A DNA stretch of 64,000 bases from NCBI GenBank assembly GCA_934255545.1, contig CAKQOE010000003.1, positions 24,813 through 88,812 on the forward strand, read 5' to 3'. Under the pieces are notes generated by a model. The model had not been told where the DNA came from. It searched no databases and saw nothing but the letters and a program-made list of their open reading frames with translations. The DNA comes from an uncultured Clostridia bacterium. Lineage in GTDB: Bacteria; Bacillota; Clostridia; Peptostreptococcales; Anaerovoracaceae. Shown here piece after piece: positions 47,801 to 55,602 of this stretch (positions are counted from its first letter, which is position 1; every line of letters starts with the position of its first letter). A program made the position numbers and the translations under genes.

Positions 47801-49997
47801 CTTTGATGCTACTCAGATGCATGATAAGGCGTATAAGGACTTAGCAAGAAGTATCGGTATGAGCTATGTCCCTAACTGCGACTGGATCGATCTGTATTAT
47901 GACGGAGAGTATCGAGGAACGTATCTCCTTGGTGAGAAAAATTCTGTAGGTAAGACTGGCGTAAATGTTACAGATATGGAAGAAGCTTACGAAGGTTTAA
48001 ATACAGATTACGGTGTCAATGCGATAACTGCTACTGCTGAAAATCGTTATGGATGTACATATCAGTATACAAAGAATCTAACAGAACCAGATGATATTAC
48101 AGGTGGTTACTTGTTAGAGTTAAATATGCCTGGTTATGATGAAGCCAGCGGTTTCAAGACGGTTAACGGAGCTGTTTTAAATGTAAAGAGTCCTGAGTGG
48201 TGCGGAAAAGATGCCATGGAATACATCAGTGAATATTATCAGGATTTTGAAAATGCAGTTTATGCGACTGATGAAAATGGTAACTATACTGGTTATAACG
48301 AGGCTACGGGTAAGTATTATTACGAATACTGTGATCTTACATCTTTAGTTCAGATGTATCTTATACAAGAGCTTGCCAATAATGTAGATGGTTTTTATTC
48401 ATCTTTCTATTTCTATAAAGACGCTGACGGCATAATGTATGCAGGTCCTGTATGGGATATGGAATCTACTGCTGGCAGTGGATGGTCAGGATATGTCAGT
48501 CCAGATATGGAATTTATCAATGGCCGTTATCTGGCAAAGGCTCTGACTCAGATACCTGGATTTATGAGTGCAGTAAAAGAATATTATAATGATACATTCA
48601 GAGGTGCTTCAGAGAAGCTTATAGGTGATAATGGGATCTTGCAGCAGAGCTCACAGAAAATTTCTGCAAGTACATCTATGAATTATGTTATGTGGCCTTA
48701 CATCAGAGTGGGCAATCCGAAAACCAGCAATCATCTGTGGCCTGACGGAACAACATATAATACAGTAGTAGATGATATGGTCTCATGGATAAAGAAACGT
48801 ATTGATGCATTGGATGCATCTTATCCTAAAGATGGACCAATCACTCCTGTTGAACCGACTGACCCTGTTGAACCAACGATTCCAACGGAGCCGACTGTCC
48901 CTGTTGAACCAACGATTCCGACTCAGCCGACAGTTCCGGCAGATCGTATTTATACGGTGAAAGCTGATTACTATATTAATGGCAGAAAAGTAAATAGCGA
49001 GCCTGTGGAACTCTTGTGCGGCACAGCAGAAGTAGATACAGTTATTACGATCGTTCCGGAAAATACATGGAGCACATATAATGGAGAACATTATATACTG
49101 GATACGTCAGACATGAAAATAGCAGTTACTGCTGAGTCGGAAAAGAATGTGCTGATATTACGCTATAATAAAACGAGTGGTGGAAGCAGTAGCGGAAGTG
49201 GTTCACATGCCTCGAACTATACAGTTTCTGTTGGTAATGTAAATAATGGTACGGTAACCGTTTCCTCTAAGGTTGCAGCTAAAGATGATACCATAATCAT
49301 CACGGCGAGTCCAAATAAGGGATATGATCTGAAAAGCATCACTGTTTTGGACAAAAATGGAAATAGTATAAAGTATATTGAGAAGGACGGAAAATATATA
49401 TTTAATATGCCGACCTCTAATGTAACGGTTTCTGCTTCATTTGTTAAGGATAACAGTCAGGCTGATAACAAGATGTTTGATGATGTCCTGCCGGGTTCTT
49501 ACTATTATGATGCTGTAAAGTGGGCAATAGAAAATGATATTACAAATGGTAAGACAGAAAAACTCTTTGGTTCAGACGATCCTTGTACGCGAGGTCAGAT
49601 CGTTACATTCCTTTGGAGAGCGGCAGGTTCACCTGAAGCATCTAAATCAGCAAACTTTACGGACGTAAATGATAATGATTATTATGCAAAGGCAATAGCG
49701 TGGGCTGTAGAGAGCGGAATAACTAATGGTACAGGAAAAGGTCTATTCTCTCCTGATGAGACATGTACCAGAGCTCAGTGCGTAGCGTTCTTATATCGTG
49801 CTGCAGGAATTCCTGATATAGATGGTATATCAGCATTTAATGACGTAGCATCAGACGCTTACTACGCAAAAGCAGTAATCTGGGCAGAACGGAATGGTAT
49901 CACAAAAGGTATCAGTGATAATATGTTCGGTTCAGCTAACAGCTGTACTCGCTCACAGATAATCACATTCAGTTACAGATATGCTCAGTGCAAGTAA
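41844..49997 (+). CDS. giant (2717 aa) SLH-anchored surface protein with phosphodiester glycosidase, Ig-like/FN3, calcineurin-like metallophosphoesterase and CotH kinase-like domains
   Basis: Signal peptide. NAGPA-like phosphodiester glycosidase region (AINGDYYN...IYLDGGGSATF). Metallophosphoesterase motifs (FFVMGDTQ, GDYVDNG, LGNHEY, VFSGHDHSYAR). CotH-like region (WVLLAGYFDATQMHDKAYKDLA...IDLYYDGEYRGTYLL). PT-rich linker (PTDPVEPTIPTEPTVPVEPTIPTQPTVP). Three C-terminal SLH repeats. Confidence 0.7.
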   Translation: MRLKKIKPKKVLSLVLSCALISSLITPAAFAAVKKVMPPDGKVLISQTDHKLANGVTESDVFLNEASGNAQIAGYMLTVEPDSQATFKASYRNYYTDGSTIDSRKNNAKNLKWGLESTTDQAADYERATGGNVIAAINGDYYNMQTGQPLGYLIMEGNLVQKNNGSSNEPYFAVLKDGSFAIREPGTDCSDVQEAISGPFYLVHDGQIVVDPNNTDLMPRNSIGVKEDGTVVTFVADGRQYPYSVGMSIYDLACYYEKQGVENAIYLDGGGSATFASKREGTNKLEIRNSPSDGVERTVSSALLLVSTADKDGKFDHASVEPNNQLYTPGSTVQFSASGVDAAGGPADLPDDIKWTLKEDSCGNIDKNGLFTPAKDYRGNVEVQLLYENNVIGSTDVTIADVTDISFTGDSASLDFGAESDLGLTVKSNGRDIIYKNGDFIWSVTPEDIGSVENNIFTAAGGTNTLTGNVKVSYVYDDSIADSISVEIGKMPEVLIDFEPDENGPLTGAHYHWGKEDFVKAGITEGYSGSVSPVEVITSGAYSDNPVHSMLEAPFIFTGNWDTAVPAADIFRANGYTFYLWPNNSITTYNVGTVKTSTEEEGGHVRFGDYSLELNYDYSSYNGTSNSNFYLRYCGEQKKIEGYPTQIGVWVYVPEGSWKYSMYADLVYWNGSDYSTKNFKLYHAKNGDTSDTSEGNITTETDWSGWRYCYADVGEFFASYQNAEHPISIIPGQGLFWLSYQPGGDSEFKGRKNGSVFYDNYRVVYGTNLDDLDNPMIDSITVNDKSLEEDSSTVIDANTIEIETKYHDVDGNNKSGINASATVILIDGKEMTADKADDIALSRLEMTNGHHVVTVRVYDNFGNAAEMTRGFTVYNGDEDKTSTVSILGDDFVPLGGEYTLKVISTEDIQSVYMILSNLNSDIGEPEVKPSDGWKVTQQEYKNTGFKKASLTLKLEKKETSSLMMRIKRKLDDLLTKDLAEITFHIDKNMDTTVNSFTYTPASIMYIGKDGVEKTAALPAVKYELSAYYTLKPGIQVEGQSSIITVLNKDGTPASEVTIYLNGTEIGKTDDSGQLETDAMKEMKANTEYTLTADGSKGVAEAVKSTVLANTFTDEEPFKAIHLNASENGSTDQNISFLSDPTRSAASAYVKYRIADTGSEWQIVSGSSTLTDFSTSKNAARVNAIHITGLKPETKYEFMVGDGEKWSEIKTFSTVTEADDADTSFFVMGDTQMSGDQESDADKEALKIMQDLSSILKGKKVDFGLQTGDYVDNGSNLAMWQEMQDAFSSCYPSTDIIHTLGNHEYYGNATGDIANNILQLPDKDYYSVEYGSVYVAVINNSADLNKACEWLITDAAKSNCQWKVLAVHQPPYYTNANGGSEKFNKIIPDAAEKAGINVVFSGHDHSYARTPMLKDGQAVEENGVVYFICGDLGEKSRNVNYAITSGFKYEHATQDYTGIMLYVTAEDGTMSITAYDSTGGGNILDSVVLNSACKDGHDYEIYDNDTGKVVCSRCGHSETLEKLKYTGWLSVKNTNDKMYFIDGKYKTGWFTIGTTTYHFSDEGIMHETTTVDTRTCTKSGALVTTCNVCHAQQSSQSLWPEGHNWDSEHVCTKCGTVGKDISKAELQVYNATMDDPRAAVVATYDNTKLTLKSSQVNCDGYVTYSNNAGVGVGTVTITGEGDFYGTVSASYKITPGVVKSVTVGTVTRNSIDLNWSESKGATKYRVEISKDGGSTWSSVRYTSDNKMTVTGLETGVSYAFRLYGYTYIGDVCYSAPHYSSVVTAITESNKEPSTQDHISNIIAKVSGADLSMQLVDGTAYLFLPSYADMTQLPLTFTMRDIETDRVTLSGDAGNVILDSLSDTVNMTEITGDKGGRMMVQIDGLSAMPVYVMHSDNISSMYITSDDPENKGREFVDASKSNKATAQMKLISEDGTVIYDDAMSQLKARGNTTFVNAEKKSYQIKLKNKTDLIECGEKNKTWVLLAGYFDATQMHDKAYKDLARSIGMSYVPNCDWIDLYYDGEYRGTYLLGEKNSVGKTGVNVTDMEEAYEGLNTDYGVNAITATAENRYGCTYQYTKNLTEPDDITGGYLLELNMPGYDEASGFKTVNGAVLNVKSPEWCGKDAMEYISEYYQDFENAVYATDENGNYTGYNEATGKYYYEYCDLTSLVQMYLIQELANNVDGFYSSFYFYKDADGIMYAGPVWDMESTAGSGWSGYVSPDMEFINGRYLAKALTQIPGFMSAVKEYYNDTFRGASEKLIGDNGILQQSSQKISASTSMNYVMWPYIRVGNPKTSNHLWPDGTTYNTVVDDMVSWIKKRIDALDASYPKDGPITPVEPTDPVEPTIPTEPTVPVEPTIPTQPTVPADRIYTVKADYYINGRKVNSEPVELLCGTAEVDTVITIVPENTWSTYNGEHYILDTSDMKIAVTAESEKNVLILRYNKTSGGSSSGSGSHASNYTVSVGNVNNGTVTVSSKVAAKDDTIIITASPNKGYDLKSITVLDKNGNSIKYIEKDGKYIFNMPTSNVTVSASFVKDNSQADNKMFDDVLPGSYYYDAVKWAIENDITNGKTEKLFGSDDPCTRGQIVTFLWRAAGSPEASKSANFTDVNDNDYYAKAIAWAVESGITNGTGKGLFSPDETCTRAQCVAFLYRAAGIPDIDGISAFNDVASDAYYAKAVIWAERNGITKGISDNMFGSANSCTRSQIITFSYRYAQCK

Positions 49998-50034
49998 AAA
50001 ATAGATAGGTTTATTAATAACTTTATCTAACAAA

Positions 50035-50092
50035 AAACGTCGTAGTTTACTACCGGTCATATATCGGATAGTAAGCTTACGACGTTTTTTAT
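50035..50092 (+). terminator. intrinsic terminator after giant surface protein gene
   Basis: aaaaaacgtcgtag...cttacgacgtttttt. Confidence 0.7.
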
Positions 50093-50183
50093 TATATCAA
50101 TAAGGAAAGTTTAGCGCGCCCGGCGCGCTCACAGCGCTGCAGAACGCAAAGATAAAATCATTTACTGGATCAAATAGTTTATA

Positions 50184-50843
50184 TTATTCGGTGTAAATAT
50201 CGCTGCGTATCTTTTCGGAAAGGTCAGCAACGGTATTTTCGTCATATGACGCTGCAAACTCAGTCGATGTCATCACAGTCACGCCGATGCGCGCCATATC
50301 GTCGATGTTGGTGCGCTGTATCTCAGGCGTCTGCGATGAGCAGCAGTCCTCAAGCGCGATGACGTTATAGTCGAGCGATATCCCATCGTATGCCGTCGTG
50401 CGGATGCAGTTTGGCGTAGTAGTGCCTGTCAGTATTATGTTCCGTACACCTAAACGGCGTAAAATAAGATCGAGCTCTGTCTGAAAGAATGCGCTGAAGC
50501 GCGGCTTTATGATGATATAGTCCTCAGGACGCGGCGCCAGCGCCGCAGGCTCTTCTATGCTGCACGGGCCGGCGGAGCCCGGCGCGAGAACGTTTTCAGC
50601 GGATCTCCAGCATTCGTACCGCGTATTTTCAACGTCGCTTCCGTCAGGACGATATATACGCTTTACGTAAAACACAGGTATGCCCTTTTCGCGAGCTGCT
50701 TCTATCGCGGAAGCAAGCACAGGAACGGTAGCAGCCGCCCCGGCGATGCAGAGCGGAGAAGCAGGGTCGATAAAACCGTTTTCCATATCTATGATTATAA
50801 ATGCGGAACGTGTTGTATTAGCTTTTCTTTTATGTGATGACAT
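50184..50843 (-). CDS. isochorismatase-family cysteine hydrolase
   Basis: FIIIDMENGF, VFYVKRIY and catalytic Cys context NCIRTTAYDG. 219 aa. Confidence 0.7.
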   Translation of the reverse strand: MSSHKRKANTTRSAFIIIDMENGFIDPASPLCIAGAAATVPVLASAIEAAREKGIPVFYVKRIYRPDGSDVENTRYECWRSAENVLAPGSAGPCSIEEPAALAPRPEDYIIIKPRFSAFFQTELDLILRRLGVRNIILTGTTTPNCIRTTAYDGISLDYNVIALEDCCSSQTPEIQRTNIDDMARIGVTVMTSTEFAASYDENTVADLSEKIRSDIYTE

Positions 50844-51076
50844 GATCGTTTACCTCGTAATTTATTATTCTGATGAATTTAATTGTAGCATATATTTATG
50901 CCATTTTGACATATAAAGCATTTTGTAGTATAGTATACAAGGTCATGCCGCAGACGCGGCAAAGACCGCGACAGTTCGTCAGCGCCATCCTGTCGTAAAA
51001 CAAAACCAGGGCTACTGATGAAGACATTAGTGCGGGCGCTTTCATGCGTCCGCTTTTTAAATTTCGGGAGAAAAAT

Positions 51077-51499
51077 ATGTATACATTAAAAACAGAGCAG
51101 AGCTTCGACTCTGCGCATTTTCTTGCAGACTATGTGGGAAAATGCAGAAATATCCACGGCCACAGATGGCGTGTGATAATAGAGATACAAGGAGAAGCGC
51201 TGCTTGAGAGCGGCGAAAAGCGCGGCATGCTCGTTGATTTCGGAGACCTTAAAAACGATCTGAAAAAGCTCGCTGACGAGCTGGATCACTCGCTCATAAT
51301 AGAAAGCGGATCGTTGAAGGATGCGACGATGGAAGCGCTGCGTGACGAGGAATTCCGTATAGTAGAATTCCCATTCAGGCCGACAGCTGAAAATTTCGCA
51401 AAATATTTCTACGACCGCATGAGCGGTCTCGGCTACAGAGTGCGCGAAGCGGTCGTTTACGAGACGCCAAACAACTGCGCGTCTTATTCGGAGGCATAG
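51077..51499 (+). CDS. queD: 6-carboxy-5,6,7,8-tetrahydropterin synthase QueD
   Basis: CRNIHGHRWRV zinc-site motif, QueD-like length. Start moved to the Met with RBS GGGAGA. Confidence 0.75.
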   Translation: MYTLKTEQSFDSAHFLADYVGKCRNIHGHRWRVIIEIQGEALLESGEKRGMLVDFGDLKNDLKKLADELDHSLIIESGSLKDATMEALRDEEFRIVEFPFRPTAENFAKYFYDRMSGLGYRVREAVVYETPNNCASYSEA

Positions 51500-51506
51500 G
51501 CTGAAA

Positions 51507-52184
51507 ATGACAAAATACAAAGTAGTAGAACATTTTGCAAGCATAAACGGCGAGGGGACTCGCGCAGGCCGGCTCGCGTATTTCATTCGTTTTAAGGGAT
51601 GCGGGCTTTCATGCTCATACTGCGACACATCGTGGGCGAATCACGAGGACGCCGAGTTTACTGAAATGACGGCGCAGCAGATATATGACACCGTAAAGCT
51701 TTCAGGCATAACGAACGTAACGCTTACAGGCGGCGAACCTCTTATGCAGGAAGGGCTCGAAGAGCTTACAGACATGCTTCTTTCTGACGAAAAGCTCAGC
51801 GTAGAGATAGAAACGAACGGGAGCATCCCGCTCGATAAATTCATACCGGCTGACCCTGCAGCCAGACGCCCGATATTTACTATGGATTACAAGCTTCCGT
51901 CAAGCGGCATGGAGATAATGATGCTTACGGCAAACTTCGACCTGCTGGCTCCGCAGGACACGGTCAAATTCGTATCGGGCAGCATGGAGGATCTGGAACG
52001 CGCACGCGATGTCATAGATATGTACGGCCTGACTGAAAAATGCAGTGTTTATATAAGCCCTGTTTTCGGTCAGATAGATCCGGCAGATATAGTTGAATTT
52101 ATGAAGGAAAACAGGATGAACGGCGTAAATCTGCAGCTTCAGCTGCACAAGCTGATCTGGGATCCTCAGGAGAGAGGAGTGTAA
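51507..52184 (+). CDS. queE: 7-carboxy-7-deazaguanine synthase QueE (radical SAM)
   Basis: [16 protein letters not shown] radical SAM Cys motif with the QueE-typical architecture. 225 aa. Confidence 0.75.
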   Translation: MTKYKVVEHFASINGEGTRAGRLAYFIRFKGCGLSCSYCDTSWANHEDAEFTEMTAQQIYDTVKLSGITNVTLTGGEPLMQEGLEELTDMLLSDEKLSVEIETNGSIPLDKFIPADPAARRPIFTMDYKLPSSGMEIMMLTANFDLLAPQDTVKFVSGSMEDLERARDVIDMYGLTEKCSVYISPVFGQIDPADIVEFMKENRMNGVNLQLQLHKLIWDPQERGV

Positions 52185-52188
52185 AACG

Positions 52189-52782
52189 ATGGCGGAGCAC
52201 GTAAAAAAGCAGATAGACCGGGACGCTATACGGGAGCATATACGCGGTATACTCGTCGCTCTCGGCGACGATCCGGACCGAGAAGGTCTTAAAGAAACGC
52301 CTGACAGGGTAGCGCGCATGTATGAAGAGGTCTTTGAAGGTATGAATTATACGAATGACGAGATCGCGGAGATGTTCGACAAGACATTTGAAGACGAGCT
52401 CGAGTTCTCTGAACAGTCGCAGGATCTTGTCATAGTGCGGGACATAGACGTTTTCAGCTACTGCGAGCACCATATGGCTCTCATGTACGACATGAAGGTG
52501 ACTGTAGCGTATATACCGTCAGGAAAAGTCATAGGCCTCAGCAAGATCGCGCGTATAGCCGATATGGCAGCAAAGCGCCTGCAGCTTCAGGAGCGCATAG
52601 GATCTGACATAGCGGATATCATAGAAAAGGTGACAGGCTCAGACGACGTAGCCGTGCTCATAAGCGCGCGCCACAGCTGTATGACGGCGCGCGGCATAAG
52701 AAAATCAGACGCAAAGACATACACGGAAACGCTGCGCGGAAGATTCCGTGACGAGCCGCTTTTACAGATGAGAGTAAGATAA
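52189..52782 (+). CDS. folE: GTP cyclohydrolase I FolE
   Basis: [26 protein letters not shown] and [11 protein letters not shown] are FolE signatures. Confidence 0.8.
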   Translation: MAEHVKKQIDRDAIREHIRGILVALGDDPDREGLKETPDRVARMYEEVFEGMNYTNDEIAEMFDKTFEDELEFSEQSQDLVIVRDIDVFSYCEHHMALMYDMKVTVAYIPSGKVIGLSKIARIADMAAKRLQLQERIGSDIADIIEKVTGSDDVAVLISARHSCMTARGIRKSDAKTYTETLRGRFRDEPLLQMRVR

Positions 52783-52800
52783 GACGAGAGGAATATAAAA

Positions 52801-53298
52801 ATGACAGGAAGAACAAACGACGAAACACAGGGCATAACGCTCCTGGGAAACCAGGGTACAAAATATCCCGACGATTACGCGCCTGAAGTGCTTGAAACAT
52901 TTATAAACAAACACCCGGACAACGATTATTTCGTAAAATTCAACTGCCCGGAATTCACGAGCCTGTGCCCGATCACAGGCCAGCCTGACTTTGCGACTAT
53001 AACGATCTCATACGTTCCGGATATAAAAATGGTAGAGAGCAAATCACTCAAGCTCTATCTTTTCAGCTTCAGAAATCACGGCGACTTCCACGAAGACTGC
53101 GTAAACATCATAATGAAGGATCTCATAAAGCTCATGGAACCTAAATACATCGAAGTCTGGGGCAAATTCACGCCGCGCGGCGGCATCTCGATAGACCCGT
53201 ACTGCAACTACGGCAAGCCGGGCACGCGCTGGGAAGACGTAGCGTGGAAGCGCCTCGCGGAGCACGACATGTATCCTGAAAAGGTGGACAACAGATAA
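52801..53298 (+). CDS. queF: NADPH-dependent 7-cyano-7-deazaguanine reductase QueF (unimodular type)
   Basis: [17 protein letters not shown]...[20 protein letters not shown] is the QueF signature with catalytic Cys. 165 aa. Confidence 0.8.
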   Translation: MTGRTNDETQGITLLGNQGTKYPDDYAPEVLETFINKHPDNDYFVKFNCPEFTSLCPITGQPDFATITISYVPDIKMVESKSLKLYLFSFRNHGDFHEDCVNIIMKDLIKLMEPKYIEVWGKFTPRGGISIDPYCNYGKPGTRWEDVAWKRLAEHDMYPEKVDNR

Positions 53299-53391
53299 AG
53301 TACAGATATCACGCGCCGGCGCGTGCCGTAAGAGTGATCTATTTATATATGTATTTATTTAAAAATTAATTATTTATTAAAAGGGGAAAAT

Positions 53392-54390
53392 ATGTGCACA
53401 GCAGCCACATACAAAACAAAAGACTTTTATTTCGGGCGCACGCTCGATTATGAATTCTCATACGGAAGCGAGATAGCAGTAATGCCGCGAAGATACCCGC
53501 TGAAATTCAGACATCCGGAAAGCAGCGTCGGCCCTGCCGACGAGCACTGGGCCATCATCGGGATGGCGCACGTCGTAAACGATCATCCGCTGTTTTTTGA
53601 TGCAGTAAATGAAAAGGGCCTCGGCATGGCGGGACTGAACTTCGTAGGAAACGCGGTATTCGCCGAGCCTGCAGATACTGAGTCAACAGGAAAACTGAAC
53701 GTAGCTCAGTACGAGTTCATAACATGGATACTTTCACAGTGCGCCGATCTGGATGAAGCACGCAAAAAGCTCGCAGTCATGAACCTGACAGGCGAGCCAT
53801 TCAGTGAGCAGCTTCCTGCAGCACAGCTCCACTGGATTATCGCAGATAAAACAGGCGCTATAACAGTAGAATCGATGGCGGATGGTCTGCATGTATATGA
53901 AAATCCGGCAGGAGTCCTTACAAATAACCCACCGTTCGAGCAGCAGATGTTCCAGCTCAATAATTATGCGGCGCTGTCGCCTCGCCGGCCTGATAATACA
54001 TTCGCGCCGGGCTTTGAACTGAACGCATACAGCAGAGGCATGGGAGCGCTCGGGCTTCCGGGAGACCTTTCATCGACATCGCGCTTCGTAAGAGCAGCTT
54101 TCACAAAGCTCAACTCTCACTCAGGCACCGGCGAAAACGAAAGCGTGAGCCAGTTCTTCCATATACTTGGCTCAGTAGACCAGCAGCGCGGCTGCTGCGA
54201 GGTGGAGCCGGGCAAGTATGAAATAACCATATACACATCATGCTGCAACGCAACAAAGGGCATCTACTACTATACGACATACGAAAACCACCAGATATCA
54301 GCCGTAGACATGCACAGAACAGACCTCGACAGCGAAGCTCTCACGTGCTACCCGCTGATAGAAACACAGCAGATAAATTTCCAGAATTAG
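53392..54390 (+). CDS. choloylglycine hydrolase / penicillin V acylase family Ntn-hydrolase (bile salt hydrolase-like)
   Basis: Starts MCTA (nucleophilic Cys2 after the initiator Met). 332 aa, typical of the linear amide C-N hydrolase family. Confidence 0.65.
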   Translation: MCTAATYKTKDFYFGRTLDYEFSYGSEIAVMPRRYPLKFRHPESSVGPADEHWAIIGMAHVVNDHPLFFDAVNEKGLGMAGLNFVGNAVFAEPADTESTGKLNVAQYEFITWILSQCADLDEARKKLAVMNLTGEPFSEQLPAAQLHWIIADKTGAITVESMADGLHVYENPAGVLTNNPPFEQQMFQLNNYAALSPRRPDNTFAPGFELNAYSRGMGALGLPGDLSSTSRFVRAAFTKLNSHSGTGENESVSQFFHILGSVDQQRGCCEVEPGKYEITIYTSCCNATKGIYYYTTYENHQISAVDMHRTDLDSEALTCYPLIETQQINFQN

Positions 54391-54400
54391 GTATAAAAAT

Positions 54401-55066
54401 ATGAAATATATATACGCGCCGGGCTGCGCGCTCATGCTTTACGATAGAGAACTTGCAGAGCTTCTGAAAAAAAAGATAGAAAAGAGATATACGCTTGCAG
54501 ACACGAGATACATGTGCTGTCTTGATGCAGAAACACCCGACAAAGATACTGCGATCATCACAACATGCACGTACTGCCACACGCACTACAGAACAATACA
54601 GCCGGATGCGCCGCATGTATTTTTTCTTGAGGATCTGGCTGAAAGCGGTGATTTTGATTTTCCTGATTACGGCGGCGCAGAAATGAGCATACACGACACC
54701 TGTTCCGGAAGAGCCGATGACCGTTACCTGAACACCGTGCGCAAGCTGCTGCAGAGAATGAACATCCGAGTAACAGAGCCGGAACGTTCGGGCAAGCGCG
54801 GTATATGCTGCGGCTCGTCGCTTTATGGCAGGCTGCCGATAGAAAAGGTCACTGAATTCATGAAAAAAAGAGCTGACCAGATGCCGTGTGAGGACGTAGT
54901 AGTATACTGTCCTACATGCGTGCAGAGCATAGCCATAGGCGGCAAACGACCGAGATATATACTTGATCTGCTTTTCGGACGCGAAACATCGCCGAGCGTC
55001 GGAAGCGGTGACAGCATAGATGAATGGAAAAAAGATCTCGGTAAATATCGTGAAGAAAACAGATAA
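54401..55066 (+). CDS. CCG-domain (Cys-rich) Fe-S protein, LutA/HdrB-like
   Basis: Two Cys-rich CCG-type repeats (APGCALM...YMCCLDAE...TTCTYCH and DTCSGR...GICCGSSLYG...VYCPTCV). Confidence 0.55.
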   Translation: MKYIYAPGCALMLYDRELAELLKKKIEKRYTLADTRYMCCLDAETPDKDTAIITTCTYCHTHYRTIQPDAPHVFFLEDLAESGDFDFPDYGGAEMSIHDTCSGRADDRYLNTVRKLLQRMNIRVTEPERSGKRGICCGSSLYGRLPIEKVTEFMKKRADQMPCEDVVVYCPTCVQSIAIGGKRPRYILDLLFGRETSPSVGSGDSIDEWKKDLGKYREENR

Positions 55067-55169
55067 GCGCAGCAATACTGATGCTGAATATGCATGAAGA
55101 TAGTACAAAAGTGATTGAAATTCAACGACTGTACAGATTAAAAAACATAAAAAAATCAATCTATACATT

Positions 55170-55205
55170 TGACATGTTTTTTACGTTGTGCTAATCTAAT
55201 GGCAG
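55170..55205 (+). promoter_or_regulatory. sigma-A-type promoter (TTGACA-17-TAATCT) for the second GRE operon
   Basis: catTTGACAtgttttttacgttgtgcTAATCTaatgg. Confidence 0.5.
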
Positions 55206-55516
55206 TTAAAAATTTTACACTACAAAGGATAGAGGCGCAGCAGCCAAAAGTATCCTGTGTTTATCAAGGCCGTCGCGAGGCTGCGGACACAGAGGAAAGG
55301 GGTCGCTGCCGAAGGCGGATGAGGCGAAACTCCGTCTGGGCATACGGAAAATATCCGTATGACTGTCGCATTTGTGCGGAGCGCTATACTTGATCGTACT
55401 CACAGCGGCCCGGCCGTAAACCGCAGAACAGACCGGACACCAGAGAAAAACCGAAAAATTAGATTTTAAGCAAACTCATAATAAGTAAACTTGAATTTTA
55501 ACAAGGTAAAGATCAC

Positions 55517-55550
55517 AGTCGATTACAGGGTCAACGCACAGAGCGTTGAT
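55517..55550 (+). terminator. intrinsic terminator inside the 5' leader (candidate attenuator)
   Basis: gggtcaacgc-acag-agcgttgatcc followed by tttttt. About 55 nt upstream of the GRE start. Confidence 0.65.
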
Positions 55551-55602
55551 CCTTTTTTAATGCACAAAATGCAGATAAATATGGAGAAGGAGAAAAAAGG
55601 TA

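Noticed and set aside
51086-51628. 180-aa minus-strand ORF
   Set aside because: Antisense to queD/queE, which carry clear family signatures.
54341-55168. 275-aa minus-strand ORF
   Set aside because: Antisense to the CCG-domain protein gene and extending into the GRE promoter region. No homology features. Shadow ORF.
55169-55393. 74-aa ORF inside the GRE leader
   Set aside because: Lies within the structured leader between promoter and terminator. Arg-rich, with no RBS. More likely non-coding leader RNA.
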